Source: Acidobacteriota bacterium
Lineage (GTDB): Bacteria > Acidobacteriota > UBA6911 > RPQK01 > JAJDTT01
DNA length: 64,000 nt
Reading direction: 5' to 3'
NCBI GenBank assembly: GCA_965209055.1
Contig: OZ242374.1
Location: 4,288,001-4,352,000 of the forward strand
Shown: positions 62,845-64,000 of the stretch, piece by piece
Position numbering within the stretch: the first letter of the stretch is position 1
How the letters are laid out: every line of letters starts with the position of its first letter
Translations under genes and position numbers: made by a program
Notes under the pieces: generated by a model
Database searches by the model: none
Told to the model about the DNA's origin: nothing
What the model saw: only the letters and a program-made list of their open reading frames with translations

Positions 62845-63531
62845 ATGCGTAGTCTCACTCAGTGGTTTGTGATCGGCATCTTCAACCTGACCTGGCTGGC
62901 TGGCGGAGTGGAGGTGATTCCGATCCACCATGGATCCCTCATCCTGAAATGGCAGGATAAAGTGGTCTACATCGACCCCTGGAGCCGGGGAGATTACACC
63001 GGACAACCCCCGGCGGACCTCATTCTGATCACCGATATCCACGGCGACCATTTGGATCCCGAGCAGGTCTCCCGAATCCGGAAGGACGAGACCGTCATCG
63101 TCGCCCCGGCGGCGGTGCAGAAGTCGGTACCGGAGGCCATGGTGGTGAGCAATGGCGAAACCATCCGTCCCCTCGGGATCCAGGTGGAGGGGGTCGCCAT
63201 GTACAACCTGAAACGGGGTCCGGAGGCGGGAAAGCTCTACCACACCCGGGGCAGGGGAAACGGATACATCCTCACGTTCGGGAAAGAGCGAGTCTACGTC
63301 TCCGGAGATACCGAGTGCATTCCCGAGATGAAGGCGTTGAAGGACATCGATCTGGCGTTCGTCTGCATGAACCTTCCTTACACCATGACTCCCGAAGAAG
63401 CCGCCGAATGCGTCAACAGCTTCCGGCCCAAGGCCGTCTACCCCTATCACCACAGGGGATCGGACGTGAAGGTGTTCGAGCGTATGGTGACGGCCGAAGA
63501 CGTCGAGGTCAGGATTCTCGACTGGTACTGA
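62845..63531 (+). CDS. Exported MBL-fold metallo-hydrolase (Lactamase_B_3-like)
   Basis: AAGGAG RBS and signal peptide. 'YIDPW', 'ITDIHGDH', 'YVSGDT', 'MNLPYTM', 'YPYHH'. Confidence 0.85.
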   Translation: MRSLTQWFVIGIFNLTWLAGGVEVIPIHHGSLILKWQDKVVYIDPWSRGDYTGQPPADLILITDIHGDHLDPEQVSRIRKDETVIVAPAAVQKSVPEAMVVSNGETIRPLGIQVEGVAMYNLKRGPEAGKLYHTRGRGNGYILTFGKERVYVSGDTECIPEMKALKDIDLAFVCMNLPYTMTPEEAAECVNSFRPKAVYPYHHRGSDVKVFERMVTAEDVEVRILDWY

Positions 63532-63688
63532 ACGCTGCGGTCGGCGTCGTAACCGCGATCCGGTCCCGGGGGTGGATCGGCCACGACGTTTCGGGTTCCG
63601 AATCACGCGTGGCAGGCAGGCTACCTCCGATAATTTCAGTGAACGGACGTTCCCCAGAGCATCGCCGGCGCCCGCTATTCTCAGCAGG

Positions 63689-64000
63689 TCAACGCCGGAC
63701 CGGCACCACCGGCAAGGTCGTGAAGATGCGATTGTCGGCGTCCATCTCCAAGGCCAATCCCGTGAATACCCCTTCCTCTGGCGCGGTGCAGCGCACCGAT
63801 CCCACGAAGCCGGAGGTCAAGGTCTGGGGAAACAACTCGTGGATGAACTGAGCCGTTTGTCCATTGCCGGCCAAGGGGATTTCCGTCTCTCCCAGACCCC
63901 GGCCGTCTTGCATCAGTTGGCAGGTGATGTCGATCTCGATCTGCTTCAGGTTGCGGAGGGCCATGCCCGTGCGGATGCCTCGTATCTGGTTCCGGGCCGG
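63689..64000 (-). CDS. C-terminal fragment of a larger protein, truncated by window end
   Basis: The frame runs to the window edge and ends '...FIHELFP...FVGSVRC...FTTLPVVPV', a beta-rich tail. It recalls C-terminal domains of acidobacterial surface proteins, but this is from memory and unverified. Confidence 0.5.
   Translation of the reverse strand, partial: PARNQIRGIRTGMALRNLKQIEIDITCQLMQDGRGLGETEIPLAGNGQTAQFIHELFPQTLTSGFVGSVRCTAPEEGVFTGLALEMDADNRIFTTLPVVPVRR

Overview
A GC-rich bacterial window, most likely Acidobacteriota judging by eye from 16S signature strings; this needs a classifier to confirm. The left ~40 kb is an accessory catabolic region. It holds many secreted or Tat-exported glycoside-hydrolase-like, sialidase/BNR and beta-helix proteins, SSS/MFS/Nramp transporters, a hydantoinase/oxoprolinase A-B pair, iolD, a phoX-GT4-GT4-MFS run, decayed toxin-antitoxin modules, a 158-bp hairpin MITE with a TTAG target duplication, and tRNA-Arg(ACG). 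The right ~24 kb is housekeeping: nadE, an rRNA locus, mutL, aspS, hisS, accA, dnaE, guaA and uppP. The standout feature is the rRNA locus. 16S and 23S-5S are co-oriented but about 2 kb apart, and the spacer has no recognisable tRNA. It instead holds an intact type I-beta glutamine synthetase gene (glnA) with its own predicted promoter and a structured leader. The 23S-5S unit carries its own predicted promoter-hairpin-boxA module resembling the 16S one. A sigma54-like motif downstream of glnA points antisense into it. All calls come from reading the sequence and the ORF track; no database searches were run, and start codons are best estimates.
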